This document shows positions 29,301 through 43,300 of a stretch of 64,000 bases of DNA, piece by piece. The stretch is taken from assembly GCF_006345805.1 (NCBI RefSeq), contig NC_042997.1, forward strand, positions 167,896,001 through 167,960,000, written 5' to 3'. Both the position numbers and the translations under genes were made by a program. Positions within the stretch are counted from its first letter, which is position 1, and each line of letters begins with the position of its first letter. Below the pieces are notes generated by a model. That model had not been told where the DNA came from and made no database searches. It was given only the letters and a program-made list of their open reading frames with translations. This DNA comes from Octopus sinensis. Taxonomy: Eukaryota.

Positions 29301-32300
29301 TACCTTACTTTAATGGTGGTGCCCTCCACTTCTAACAAAATCCCTGAATACACTGAATACACATTCATACATAAAAATTTAACTCAGTTCCATAGTACCA
29401 AAAGTTTCATGGGCACATCACTTATTTGCCTCATCAAATCTTTGGAGTTAGAGCAGAGACTTTAAAAGAAATTCAGGATAGCTTCAAAGTGTTTACACCT
29501 CTATTAGTCAGATGTGGCCATGTGACCACATCTGACCAGTAGAGGTGACATCAGTTATTTTCTATGTTTTTCAAGGATACTCCATTTGATATTGGAGGAA
29601 GTCGTTTCTATGATCTCAGATTCTCCAGATAAAGTGGAACGAAGAGGTGGCATTTTCCCCATCACTACATTTGAAGCAATACATGTATTATGTATATCAT
29701 CCCTTAAACTTATTGGCTGTCATTCCCATATAATATTTTGGGATGCCATTATATTGTGTGAAAGTGGCTCTATAGTCTATGACAATGCTTCTTAAACTAT
29801 GGGTTGCAAAATAAAATGCTGGGGTTATGAAAATTAAATTCAAACCCTTAAATTTCAGCTTATATGTTTTGCAGTTCAGTTGAACAAAACAACTGATATT
29901 TCAAAAATGGCTCAATTGTTAGTATACATCAGATACATTTATAAAGAAAACGTCAATGAAGAATTATTATTTTGTCATCCTTTGGAAAAACATACAAGTG
30001 AGAAGGACATATATAGTAAAGTTGACGAATTTTTTTTAAACTGTAGGTTCAGAATGGAAAAACTGTATTGGAGTATGCACAGATGGTGCAAAAGTGATGA
30101 CTGGTGAAAATATTGGTTTTAAATCTTTTGTTAAAGCTGCTGGTAATAAGCATGTAACTTTTATACACTGCATGATCCATCGAGAGGCCCTTGCAACAAA
30201 AAAATTAGCACCGGAATTAAACAATGTGCTTCAGGATATTATCAAAATTATAAACTTTATTATGGGCAGTATGTCTTACAAAAAACTAATGTTGCTGAAT
30301 ATGCCACACTACAGCCTACCATCAATGTGTTTCCAGAATCCTACCAACATCTTGTTTGCAACATGTGGACCTAAAGATAAACAAAATAACTGTTGTTTGC
30401 TCTGATAGTATTACAACCACATAACCACAGTTGACTAATAGAAGACTAAACAACTAGAAGCCATTTTAAATATTTTTTTCAAAGTTTCTACTCTGCCTCT
30501 GAATATCTGACAAGGTGGGCACATAGGATGAAACTTTATTGTGGAGCTGAGTCAAATTCATCTTATGCATGCAACCCCAGCTACATGTGTTGAATGCTAC
30601 CCTCTGTTGTTTATTCACTCACTGATGTGTGTATATGTGTATGTATGTGTGTGGTGTTTAAATCAATAAATATATACATATAATCAATACTGTAAATCCT
30701 CAAGTATAGTCCGCCCTTGAGTATAATACACAGGGGATTTTTAGGGGACTGTACCTCTGAAAAACTTAAACCTTGTGTATAATACACACCCCTTCTCTAA
30801 CTTGAGTCTTGAGTAATTAAGCTAGCAGCACCTAGTAGAACAAACATTTCTATGCACGCATAATACAATAATGGTGATGTTCTTAACTGTTATATGGGAA
30901 TGTAAATATGTTTGCAAATTGTTTTTGTTACATGTTATTGTGTGTTCTGAATACTTTTATTTTAATAAATGTTGCTTACTGCAAGTTATGGATGATTCTT
31001 TTATGACTTCATTGCTTTCAGGCTTAGCTTAAGGTATTTTCGCGCCCGACATCACAAAATGCGCCTGAATAAACATTGCCAGACAGCGAATAGAGACTCA
31101 GACATTGCTTAGAAAATATTTTTCATTTTAACCTCGTATATAGTACGTGACCTTTAAATTTTGGGGAAAAAATGCGGATTATACTCGAGGATTTACGGTA
31201 TACGTAAATACATGGGTGTGTATAAATATATATTATGTGCATATTTTTCTATGTATTTGACAGAGAGGAGTTGACTATATAAGGTTTAGAGACCGTGTTG
31301 TGGAATACAGTAAAGATTTCAGGCTTTACCTAACAACTTGCTTGCGAAATCCACACTACTTACCAGAGGTTTCTCTCAAGGTAATCACTTTTACAATTTG
31401 TGTTATTAGTATGTTGTTGTTTAACCTCAGCTCTTGATCAAAAGCATTTATGATCAAAGGCATTCCTATCATAACTGTTCAGTCATATTAAAATTATTTA
31501 ATTTGTCCTCACATGTTTTGAGAGAGAGAGAGAGAGAGAGGTGAGAGGGAGAAATCTAGCTATTTCTAGCAGATCGAATAGCCACATCAATGCTTCTTTT
31601 GTTGCATCTAGTCTGTTTTCTTGTAATAGTGTATTAGATACATTTGTCTATTGATTCTTAGCAAGTTAGAGCCTTAGAGATTTTAACATAGTTTTACCAT
31701 GAGAATTCCTGATTCCACAGATAAATTATTGACAACTGTATCAAACAATATAATTCATGAAAGGGCATTCAATATTTATATCAAATTTATAAGTTTACTC
31801 AAGCTGTAGTTTAACAATATTTATTTCTTTATTGCCCACAGGGGAATAAACATAGAGGGGACAAACAAGGACAAACAAAGGGATTAAGTTGATTACATTA
31901 ACCCCAGTGTGTAACTGGTACTTATTTAATCAACCCTGAAAGGATGAAAGGCAAAGTCAACCTCAGTGGAATTTGAACTTAGAATGTAACAGCAGACGAA
32001 ATACTGCTAAGCATTTCACCCAGCATGCTAATAATTCTGCCAACAATATTGGTACAATGTACAGTGTCAATCATAGAATTGATAATATGGACTGTTTACT
32101 CATAGTAGCAGTTGCAGTAGTTATACAGTATTTCCCTCACTACTAAACATCTGTTGCTGGTTAACTTTCTAAATTGCCTATTCTGTTATCTTTTGTTTGC
32201 TTCAGTCATTTGATTGGGGACATGCTGGAGCATCGCCTTAATGAGTTTTTAGTTGAACAAATCAACCTCAGCATTTATTTATTTATTTATTTATTTTGGC

Positions 32301-32447
32301 ATAGTACTTATTCTTTCAGTCTCTTGTGAAACTGCTGAGTTACAGGGACATAAACACACGAATACCAGTTGTCAAACGGTTGGGGAGGGGGGACAAACTT
32401 AGATACAAAGACATACACACATGCACACATACATACACACATACACA

Positions 32448-32481
<34 letters not shown>

Positions 32482-35400
32482 TTGACACACAAACACATCC
32501 CACAATGGGTTTCTTTCATTTTCCATCTACCAAATCCTCTCACAAGGCTTTGGTTGACCTAAGGCTATAATAGAAGACACTTGCCCAAGGTGCCACATAA
32601 TGGGATTGAACCTGAAACCAGGTGGTTGGGAAGCAAGCTACTTACTATGCAGCCACGCCTGTGCCTATACTGTATAAAGACTAAAAAATACAGTAGATAT
32701 ATATCCTTCTGGAGTGAAATGGGTGAAAAGATTTTATGAAAAACCATTTCAGTAAATGCAGTATGTGTCAACTTTTCACAGGTAACCCTGATCAATTTTG
32801 TCATTACTCCAAATGGACTTGAAGACCAGTTACTTGGTATTGTGGCTGCTCGTGAAAAACCTGACCTGGAGGAGAAAAAGAACCAATTAATTATTGAAAG
32901 CGCTCAAAATAAAAGACAACTGAAAGAGATTGAAGACAAGATCTTGGATGTCCTCTCTAATTCACAGGTATAACATCAGTTAATATTCATTGCAATCCAT
33001 CTAATATCCAAACAGATGGATGAATGTAGACAGGTAGGAAGGTATTTATGTATCTAATGTCTGTTTTTCCATGGGTTGGACAAGAATTTATTTTTGAGGT
33101 AGGATCTTACTACCAGATGCTCTTCATATCACCAACACTTACTTGTTTTTCATGAAAGGGGCCTCTGTATTAAAAAAGTCTTCAAAAGCAGAAAGTTATC
33201 TACCATAATGTCAAAAAGGAATGTCAACATCTGCACTGTTTTGCTTAAACATTGAGTTAAATATCAACATTCCCACATGTTCATATACACATGCATACAT
33301 GCATAATTCCTTCATCTTCTCAGATGGTAGCCATCTCACATGCAGCCTGAATTACTTTCATCCTTTCATGTATGTGGATATGTCATTTCACTCCATGCAT
33401 TCATTGCCATAGAACTTAATAAAATTCAAAATAGATCAAGAAGTGAAATGGTAGTGAAACATCAGTACATCATTGGGTTTAAGTGACAAAAGCTTCTACA
33501 ACACTTTTGCCACTCACAGTCACTATCAGGGCTGGATTAAGACCTATCATGGCCCTAAGCACTCATAAGATTTTGGTGCCCCCATAAAAGATTATGTAAT
33601 TCAAAATATAAACAATAACAAACCATAAAATAAATTTTTATTTTTGAAAATGAAACAAAATAGTAAAAGGGAAAATAATGTTTATTTTTGTACACTTCCA
33701 CTTTATTTATATTTGAAAAGTTTCCTTCTACTTTTTTGAATTACAAAGTCTTTGATAAGATCCTCAAAATTAATCTTAGGTAACACATCTGCATCTATAC
33801 TTAGTAGAGATAAAGGCATCCCAAATATTTCGTTTTTGGATTTGGCTTGCAAGATTCTTTATGTGAGCTTGTGTGTTGAAGCATATTCTGTTGTGTCTGG
33901 GGAGAGTCATTTTCTTTTTGTGCCTTATAATTTAACACACTCACCAGTAAAATTTCCACTTATTTTCCTAAAATTTTCATTGTGTCTTGCAACCTTTTCA
34001 ATAGTCTTGACTATTGAAAGGTTGCAAGACGCAACAAAGAGTCAAGATTATTGAAAAGATTGCAAGACACAATGAAAATTTTAGGAAAATAAAAATAGGA
34101 AATAAGTGGAAATTTTACTGGTGAGTGTGTTAAATTATAAGGCACAAAAAGAATATGACTCTCTCCAGACACAACAGAATCCCAAATATTATTTTAGCAA
34201 ATTTAAAGTGATCTCTTTTGTGCCATAAACCACTTACCATTTCTGTGGTGTGCCCTCCTTCCTTTGATGCTCTAAGTACGTGCTTATTTTGCTTAATGGT
34301 TAATCCAGTGCTGGTCACCATAATAGATTCCAATGACAAGCATTGCCAGATGGCTGGTACTATTTTGACTATGAGTTTTATGCCAGAGTATCTTTGAGAA
34401 GAGCTGCCTTCCTCATGCCTTTGTCAAAAACAAAATGGTATTTAATTGTTTGAGTATCACTTCTATAGGGAAGTGTTCTGCATACTAAATACAAATACAA
34501 TAGGGGCTTATATATGTAACATAGTAAGTTGAAAAGCTTTGACCAACTGAGATTTTCCAAGTAGCAATCAAAGTTAATCAACTTACAATATTATATATAA
34601 AAGCGATCCCTGTTGCCTCTATGTTTTGCAATTAGTGCACAAATGGATTTACTGTATATACAATAAGATAATAGTTTCAAATAACTACACTTATTTTCAA
34701 TTCAGTGTATATATACATACACTGACTACTAAAAATTTACATACACTGACTACTAAAAATTACAGGGAACATTGTAATAAAATTCTACAGTGTTTATATT
34801 TAGTATGCAGACCTCTCTCTTAAAGTACCATAAATCCTCGAGTATAGTCCGCCCTTGAGTATAATACGCAGGGGAATTTTAGGGGGCTGTACCTCTGAAA
34901 AACCTAAACCTTGTGTATAATACACACCCCTTCTCTAACTTAAGTCAAGGAGGTCTATATAACGCCCTTGGTTTGTAAAACTGTATACAGTAATGTCCTT
35001 TATTATTATTGTATATATAACATAATGCAAATGTGTAGCTTTTTTGTGCATTTTGTTTGCAGAAAATAAAGAAATAACAGTAATAACGTTTAATAAATGT
35101 TGCTTATTGCAAGTTATGGATGATTCTTTTATGACTTCATTGCTTTCAGGCTTAGCGTAAGGTATTTTTGTGTCTGAAATCACAAAATGTGTCTGAATAA
35201 ACATTGCCGGACAGCAAATAGAGACTCAGACATTGCTTAGAAAATAATTTTCATTTTTAACCTCATATATAGTACGCACTAGGATTTTGACCTTTAAATT
35301 TTTGGGAAAAAATGCTGATTATACTCGAGGATTTATGGTCCTTGACCTCAACCATACAGTTAATGTTCACTACTGCTCAGGTGCTTCTGTAAATATTGAT

Positions 35401-36259
35401 TACTCTTTTAATTTTACCAGATAGGTAGAATATAATTTGCTGAAGTTTCCAATAATACAGAAACATGTTCTTTTTCTTTAAAGACCAATGTCCATAAATT
35501 TCAGCTAATTGAGCTTACTGGAGTTATTTTCCTTGTTTCTTTTTTTAGATTTTAAATACCTCATTTGATCATTTTTTTTTTCTTTTTCTTTTAAGTCACT
35601 ATATTACATATGTGAGTTATCATATTTGATAAATCTTTTAAATTAGATATGCTTAAAAAACAACAAAAGCAATTTGCTGAAACCTATTGCAATTAGGAAA
35701 CAATCAATAAAGTCAAACTCTTTCTTTCCCCTCCACTCTCTCTCTTTTCTCACAAGGGAAATATTCTTGAGGATGAAACAGCCATTCAGGTCCTTTCATC
35801 AAGTAAAACCCTTTCTGAAGACATAGAAGAGAAACAATTGACGGCATCACTTACAGAACTTGATATAGATGAAGTCAGGAATGGATATAAACCGGTATAA
35901 ATATTTCTTTATCCTAGCTTTTATTTATCTTATGTTTTTTTTTATCATTTCTTTATTTCCAAGTTCTCTCAGTTAATATTTAGAGATTTAGTAGCTGAAT
36001 GGTTAAAGTGCTTGATCATTAAACTAAATCAGTTGAAAGTTCAAATATTAATGGTGCAGGTAATTTATTCCTAACAGACAGATAGACAGACAGAAAAGCG
36101 CAGAACTGGGTGTATGGTAAGTAGCTTGCTTACCAACCACATGGTTCCAGGTTCGGTCACACTGCGTGGCACCTTGGATAAGTGTCTTCTACTATAGCCT
36201 CGGGCCGACCAAAGCCTTCTGAGTGGATTTGGTAGATGGAAACTGAAAGAAGCTTGTCG

Positions 36260-36337
<78 letters not shown>

Positions 36338-37612
36338 TGCATCTGTGTTTGTCCCCCCAACATCGCTTGACAACTAATGCTAGTGTGTTTACGTCCCTGT
36401 AACTTAGCAGTTTGGCAAAAGAGACCGATAGAGTAAGTACTAGGCTTACAAAGAATAAGTCCTGCAGTTGATTTGCTTGACTAAAGGTGGTACTCCAGCA
36501 TAGCCACAGTCAGATGACTGAAACAAGTAAAAGAGTATATATACATTTATGTGTGTGTATATGCACATACATATAACCAGTTAGTTTTTCATAAGTCTGC
36601 AAAAAGATTTTTTTGAGTAGTAATATTTTATGTAGCGATTGGTTATGGCTAGTCAGAAACTTACCACTCAGAGCTGCTGTCCAAAGGCACATATCCTTGG
36701 GCAGGCAAATCTGATGAGTGATCTATATTGCTAAGAGCAATAATAGATGTGAAACCAAAGGTAACTTTCTGATTGGCCATAACCAACAACTTCAAAGCAT
36801 CTATATATATATGTGTTTGTATACACATACAAACACTCACACACACAAGTCCGCTGAGATGATTCGAAAGCACAACACCTAATAACCTAACAGTATATCT
36901 TTTCTACTGCTCTGAAGAGATTTTGTCTAATATAATGATTTAATTATTGTAATTTAATCTTTTAAACAGCTGTAAGAGAATATGCTGAATTTTTGCAATT
37001 AATAAATTATATTAATGCTATATCTCCATTTTCTAATTTTCTTTTGAATATTCATATACATATTGATAATAATAAATAATATATATATATGCATATATGG
37101 GTACAGGACGTCACCAACTGTGTAAACAACATGAAATACGCAGACAAATGAGTTAAATATGTAAACAACAAGAGCAAAAATGGAAAACAGGACAAGTAAA
37201 CACAGAGAAATTACCCTTCATCAGTTGTTGGCTGTCTATCTACTCTTCATTTCAATTTATTATCTGCAAAAATTCAACATATTCTCTTACAGCTGTTTCA
37301 GTTTAGCCTAAAAGATTAAATTACAATATGAATCTTCAAAGACAGTTGCTCCCATAAATTCTAAAATAAAATTTAGGATTTATGGAAGGTCAAAGTTGGG
37401 AACTAAAACAGGACAGTGGAGACATGCAAGGAAACCAAACAAAAACAAACGTGGAGGGTCATTAGACCAGAATGAGAGGAAAATAGTGAATGCTGGGAGA
37501 AATATATTCTTTGAAAAGATAGAAGAGAGAGAACAAAGGATCAAAACAGTTTGATCCCTACATATAACTCCCAATAAATTGCTTGAGCACCCTTCTTTCA
37601 TGTGTCCACTCA

Positions 37613-37658
<46 letters not shown>

Positions 37659-40277
37659 ATTCAATCTCATTCAGACAATTTTATGATAGCTATTAACTTA
37701 TAAGAAAATTTTTATGCAAAGATCATGACCCTATCAAGTGTTTTGCACAAAAACTTTTAAAATATATATTTCACTCTCTATGTTCTCACAGGTGGCTAGA
37801 CATGGAAGCATTTTGTTCTTCACCATATCAGACCTAGCCAATATAGACCCCATGTACCAATATTCTCTCACCTGGTTTATTCACTTATATCATCAGGTTA
37901 GTGTCTGATCTTTCCCAAACTTACATTGTCTGTTTTTTTGTCTGTGGCACTAAGAGTTGGTTTGCCAGTACCTTTTATCACAATTACATATTAAATTTCC
38001 ATAAGATAAATGTTGTGTTGCCGGTATTGTGTGGTTGATATTAACCACAACTAGGGTTGATAAAATCTTTATGGTTGAGCAGAAACCCAAGAAAAATCAC
38101 AATGAAATGTCTATTGAACTAACCAAACTGTTGAACTTTTCCAATGTTTCCATGCAGGCAATCACCAACAGTGAACCCTCGCAGATCCTGAGTGAAAGAA
38201 TAAACTATCTCAATGATTATTTCACCCGCAGTGTCCATAACAATGTGTGTAGGTCTCTGTTTGAAAAGGATAAATTGCTCTTCACATTTTTACTTTGTAT
38301 TGGATTAGCAAAAGCACAGTAAGTATATTTTCAGTATTTGAACTTTTCCCCTTTTAAACTAAATTTTGCCATTGTTAATTTTTTCAATTCTTGCTTTTTA
38401 GATATTTGGTTCTTTAACCCTTTGGTGTTTAGGCCGGCCATATCCGGCCCAAATACTCTACATGTTTTACACTCAAACTGGCCATATCTAGCCCCTTACA
38501 CCTAACCTACATTGACATTCTAAGAATAAACTATCACACCATTGAAACTTCAAAGCTGTAAGATAATGTATGATTAATTCAAAACAATTTGAGTGAAAAA
38601 AGTATTACATTTAACAGAGTAATCTGAACACTAAAGGGTTAAGGATGTAATTCATGTCTTTTTTTTTAAGACTTATGTTGCATTCTCAAAAAAAAAAAGC
38701 TATCATTGAACTCACTTGTTACCACATTTCTGACATGTAGATATATTCTATTAATTCATTTGGTGCATGCAGAGCAACCAGAGTCCAAACAATGTATCTA
38801 TTCATTCTTTAAACATTCTGGCAGGTTTGAATGTGAATATCTGATCGCTGTTGTTGGTTTGTTATCAGAGAATGCCTCCTCCATTTGCATGTTCAAAACA
38901 CACAATTTACCAGGTCACCAGAAATATGTGCATATGTATGTACACATATATATATGAGTGCGATTGTATGTCTCTTTTTTTACGTATGTATGTATATAAT
39001 TCATAGATGAGAATACACTTAGTAGTGCTCAAAAGAATTAAACTTGTGTAGGTATAGAAATAAATGTAGGGATAAGCAAGTTAGACAGATCAGTATATAA
39101 AGTTTTACTATATTAATACATGAAATACAAAAAAATGTATATATGTTTACATGCACGTGGCACATAAAAAGCACCACTCGAGCGTGATCATTACCAGCGT
39201 CACCTTACTGGTACTTGTGCCAGTGGTATGTGGAAAAACATTCGAGCGAGGTCGTTGCCAGTGCCGCTGGACTGGCTCCAGTGCAAGCAGCTCATAAAAA
39301 ACACCATTTGAGCATGGCTGTTGCCAGTACCGCCTGACTGGCCCTCGTGCCGGTAGCACATAAAAGCACCCACTATACTCTCAGAGTGGTTGCTGTTAGG
39401 AAGAGCATCCAGCTGTAGAAGCTCTGTCAGATCAGACTGGAGCCTGGTGCAGCCATCTGGTTTGCCAGTCCTCAGTCAAATCGTCCAACCCATGCCAGCA
39501 TGGAGAGCGGGCATTAAACGATGATGATGATGATGATGATCATGCAAAAATACAGAATACAAATTATATAGATGATTAAAGGGGTTGCAGAAAAGTATTA
39601 GAAATCCAACAGCTGTTTCTGGGGGGCTCAGCAGTCCAAAATAATGTCTGAAGATTGATTCCATCATCAGATGAGACGAGCCTCCGTCTTCAGGGAAGAG
39701 ATATTACATTTGAAGTGGTAAAAGAAAGAAGTTCCATCTTTGAAGTGTATGTATGTATGCGTACATTTTTTGACTGACTGCCACCCCTACCATTTCCAGG
39801 AAAAGAAAAGCAAAATTAAAACCAGCAAGATTTGAACTTAGAACAAAAAAATAATGACATATTAAAACATTGTTTGAAAAGTTATATATATGTATAAGCA
39901 ATAAAGTATGTGTATGTGTGTGTGTGTGTGCATCTACTGTTAAGTTTTTAGTCAGCTCTTCTACTGTTTTTGCCACTTCCATTCTGGCATTTGTTGAATG
40001 GATTCATTGTAGTACTGTTATTTCATCACTTGTCATAGCCTTTCATCATACTCTTTTACTTGTTTCAGTCATTTGACTGTGGCCATGCTGGAGTACTACC
40101 TTTAGTCGAGCAAATCGACCCCAGGATTTATTCCTTCTAAGTCTAGTACTTATTCTATTGGCCTCTTTTGCTGAACTGCTAAGTTACGGGGACGTAAACA
40201 CACCCAGCATTGGTTGTCAAGAAATGTTGGTGGGGACAAACACAGACACACAAACATATACACACATACATACATAT

Positions 40278-40332
<55 letters not shown>

Positions 40333-43300
40333 GTATATATCATCATCATCATCATCATCGTTTAACGTCCGCTTTCCATGCTAGCATGGGTTGGACAGTT
40401 CAACTGGGGTCTGGCAAGCCCGAAGGCTACACCGGCCAGTCGGATCTGGCAGTGTTTCTACAGCTGGATGCCCTTCCTAACGCCAACCACTCCGAGAGTG
40501 TAGTGGGTGATTTTATGTGCCACCGACACAGGTGCCAGACGAGGCTGGCAGACGGCCACGCTTGGATGGTGTTTTTTATGTGCCACCGATACAGGTGCCA
40601 GACGAGGCTGGCAGACGGCCACGCTCGGATGGTGTTTTTTATGTGCCACCGACACAGGTGCCAGACGAGGCTGGCAGACGGCCACGCTCGGATGGTTTTT
40701 TTTATGTGCCACCAACACAGGTGCCAGACAAGGCTGGCAGACGGCCACACTCGGAAATGGTGTTTTCAGTGTTTTTCTTATGTGCCACCGACACAGGTGC
40801 CAGACGAGGCTGGCGAACGGCTACGATCGGATGGTGTTTGTTACGTGCCCACGGCATGGAGGCCAGTCGATGCGGTACTGGCTACGGTCCCGTTCGGATG
40901 GTTTTCTTATGCGCCACCGGCACTGGTACCACAAGGATACAAATTCCATTGATGTTCATCTATTTTGATTTGGTTTGACTTGATTCGATTTGACTTTGAT
41001 TTGATTTGCCTCAACAGGTCTTCACAAGCGTCACAAGCAGGAAGGTATGCACAGGTGGACTGACTACGTCCCAGGTAGGGGCCACGGGTTATGGCTTCAC
41101 TAGTCTTGCCGGGTCTTCTCACGCACAGCATACTTCCATAGGTCTCGGTCTCTAGTCATTTCCATGGTGAGACCTAACGTTCGAAGGTCGTGCTTCACCA
41201 CCTCGTCCCAGGTTTTCCTGGGTTTACCTCTTCCACGGGTTCCCTCAACTGCTAGGGATTGGCACTTTCTCACACACCTATCTTCATCCATTCTCGCCAC
41301 GTGTCCATACCAGCGCAATCGTCTCTCTTGCACGCAACAACTGATGCTTCTTAGGTACAACATTTCTCTCAGGGAACTAACGCTCTGTCGAGTAAGTACA
41401 CTGACATTACACATCCATCGGAGCATACTGGCTTCATTCCTCATGAGCTTACGCATGTCCTCAGCAGTCACGGCCCATGTTTCACTGCCATGTAGCATGG
41501 CAGTTCGAACACATGCATCATACAGTCTGCCCTTTACTCTGAGCGAGAGGCCTTTAGTCACCAGCAGAGGTAAGAGCTCCCTAAACTTTGCCAGGCTATT
41601 CTTATTCTAGCAGTTACACTCTCAGCGCACCCACCCCCACTACTGACTTGGTCACCTAGATAACGGAAGCTATCAACTACTTCTAATTTTTCCCCCTGGA
41701 AAGTGACGGAAGTTGTTTTCTGCAGATTTTCGGAGGTCAATGCTCCCGAGCATCTGCCACATAAAAACTATCTTCCCAGTTAGCCTACCTTTGACATTGC
41801 TGCACCTCTTATGTGTCCATAGCTTACACTGGGTACATCTTATAGAGTTTCTACCTACACCTTTTCTACAGATCGAGCAGGGCCATCTTCCTGAGGACAT
41901 TTGTGGATTGCCTACCTTTCTACTTATTAGTACTTTGGTTTTAGCTAGGTTGACTCTAAGGCCCCTCGATTCTAAACCCTCCTTCCACACCTGGAACTTC
42001 TCCTCCAGTTCTGATAGTGACTCAGCAATTAGAGCGAGGTCGTCAGCATAGAGGAGCTCCCAGGGGCAACCTGTCTTGAATTCCTCTGTTATTGCCTGGA
42101 GGACTATGATAAATAGGAGGGGGCTGAGTACTGAACCCTGGTGGACCCCAACCTCTACTTTGAATTCTTCTGTGTACATGTTTCCAACCCTAACCTTGCT
42201 TACGGCATCTCTGTACATGGCTTGCACAGCCCTCACCTATCCCTAGTTTCCTCATTGACCACCAGATGAGGGATCGGGGGACCGTATCAAAGGCTTTCTC
42301 CATGTCAACAAAAGCCAGGTACAGGGGCTTATCTTTGGCTGGGTATTTCTCCTGCAGCTGCCTTACCAGGAATATAGCATCAGTGGTGCTTTTCCCTGGC
42401 ACAAACCCAAACTGCATTTCATCTAAACTAACTCTCTCTCTAATTAGTTGGGCTATGACCCTCTCTGTAACCTTCATTACCTGATCCAACAACTTGATAC
42501 CTCTGTAATTATTTGTATCTAGGGCGTCACCTTTACCTTTGTAGCAGTTGACTAGTACGCTGCTACACCAGTCCTTGGGTATGACTCCTTCGTGTATCAC
42601 CTGGTTGACTATACGGGTGACTAGGTTATAGCCGACACTGCCAGATATTTTGAGCATCTCTGCAGTAATTCCTGATGGGCCTGGGGCTTTCCCTGTCTTC
42701 ATGCTTCTAATTGCCTTAGCTACCACGGAACTATCAACTTGGATAGCTGGTCCCTCTGTTGGGTCAACATTCGGCAGACTCTCTTTATCCCATTCATTTT
42801 CTTTATTCAGCAACCTTTCATAGTGGCATCTCCAAACCTCTCTCTTTGCATCCTCATTTAGTGCAAGTGAACCATCATCCATGCGAACACACTTCTCTCC
42901 TACCACATCACGATTCTCTCTCACACACTGTCTTGCAACACGAAATACCTCAAGTCTTTCATCCTCACGGCGCAGAACATTGGCAAATTTTTTCTTATCC
43001 GCTTCCCCTCTGGCTAAATAAACCTGTCTCCTAGCTTCCCTTCTGGCTGTCTGATACAATTCCCTGCTACCACCGTTCTTCCAGTCCTTCCAAGCCTGTC
43101 TCTTTTGTCTAATAGCCCTGTCAACCACAGTGTTCCACCACCATGTTACTCTGGGTTGAGATAGTACTTTGCTCCATCCACAGATCTGGTCAGTGGCTGT
43201 CAGCAGATTGTCCCGTAGAAATCTCCAGTTGTCTTCCACATTAAGTGAAGCTATAGCCCCTTCTATTTCGTCAAAGGCTTTGAGTAGTATGTCTCTAAAT

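Noticed and set aside
34000-34050. Hammerhead motif at the foldback centre (cttgact...ggttgc/gcaac...agtcaag)
   Set aside because: Stem-like pairings exist, but the core reads ttgaaa(a) in every arm and stem III is missing.
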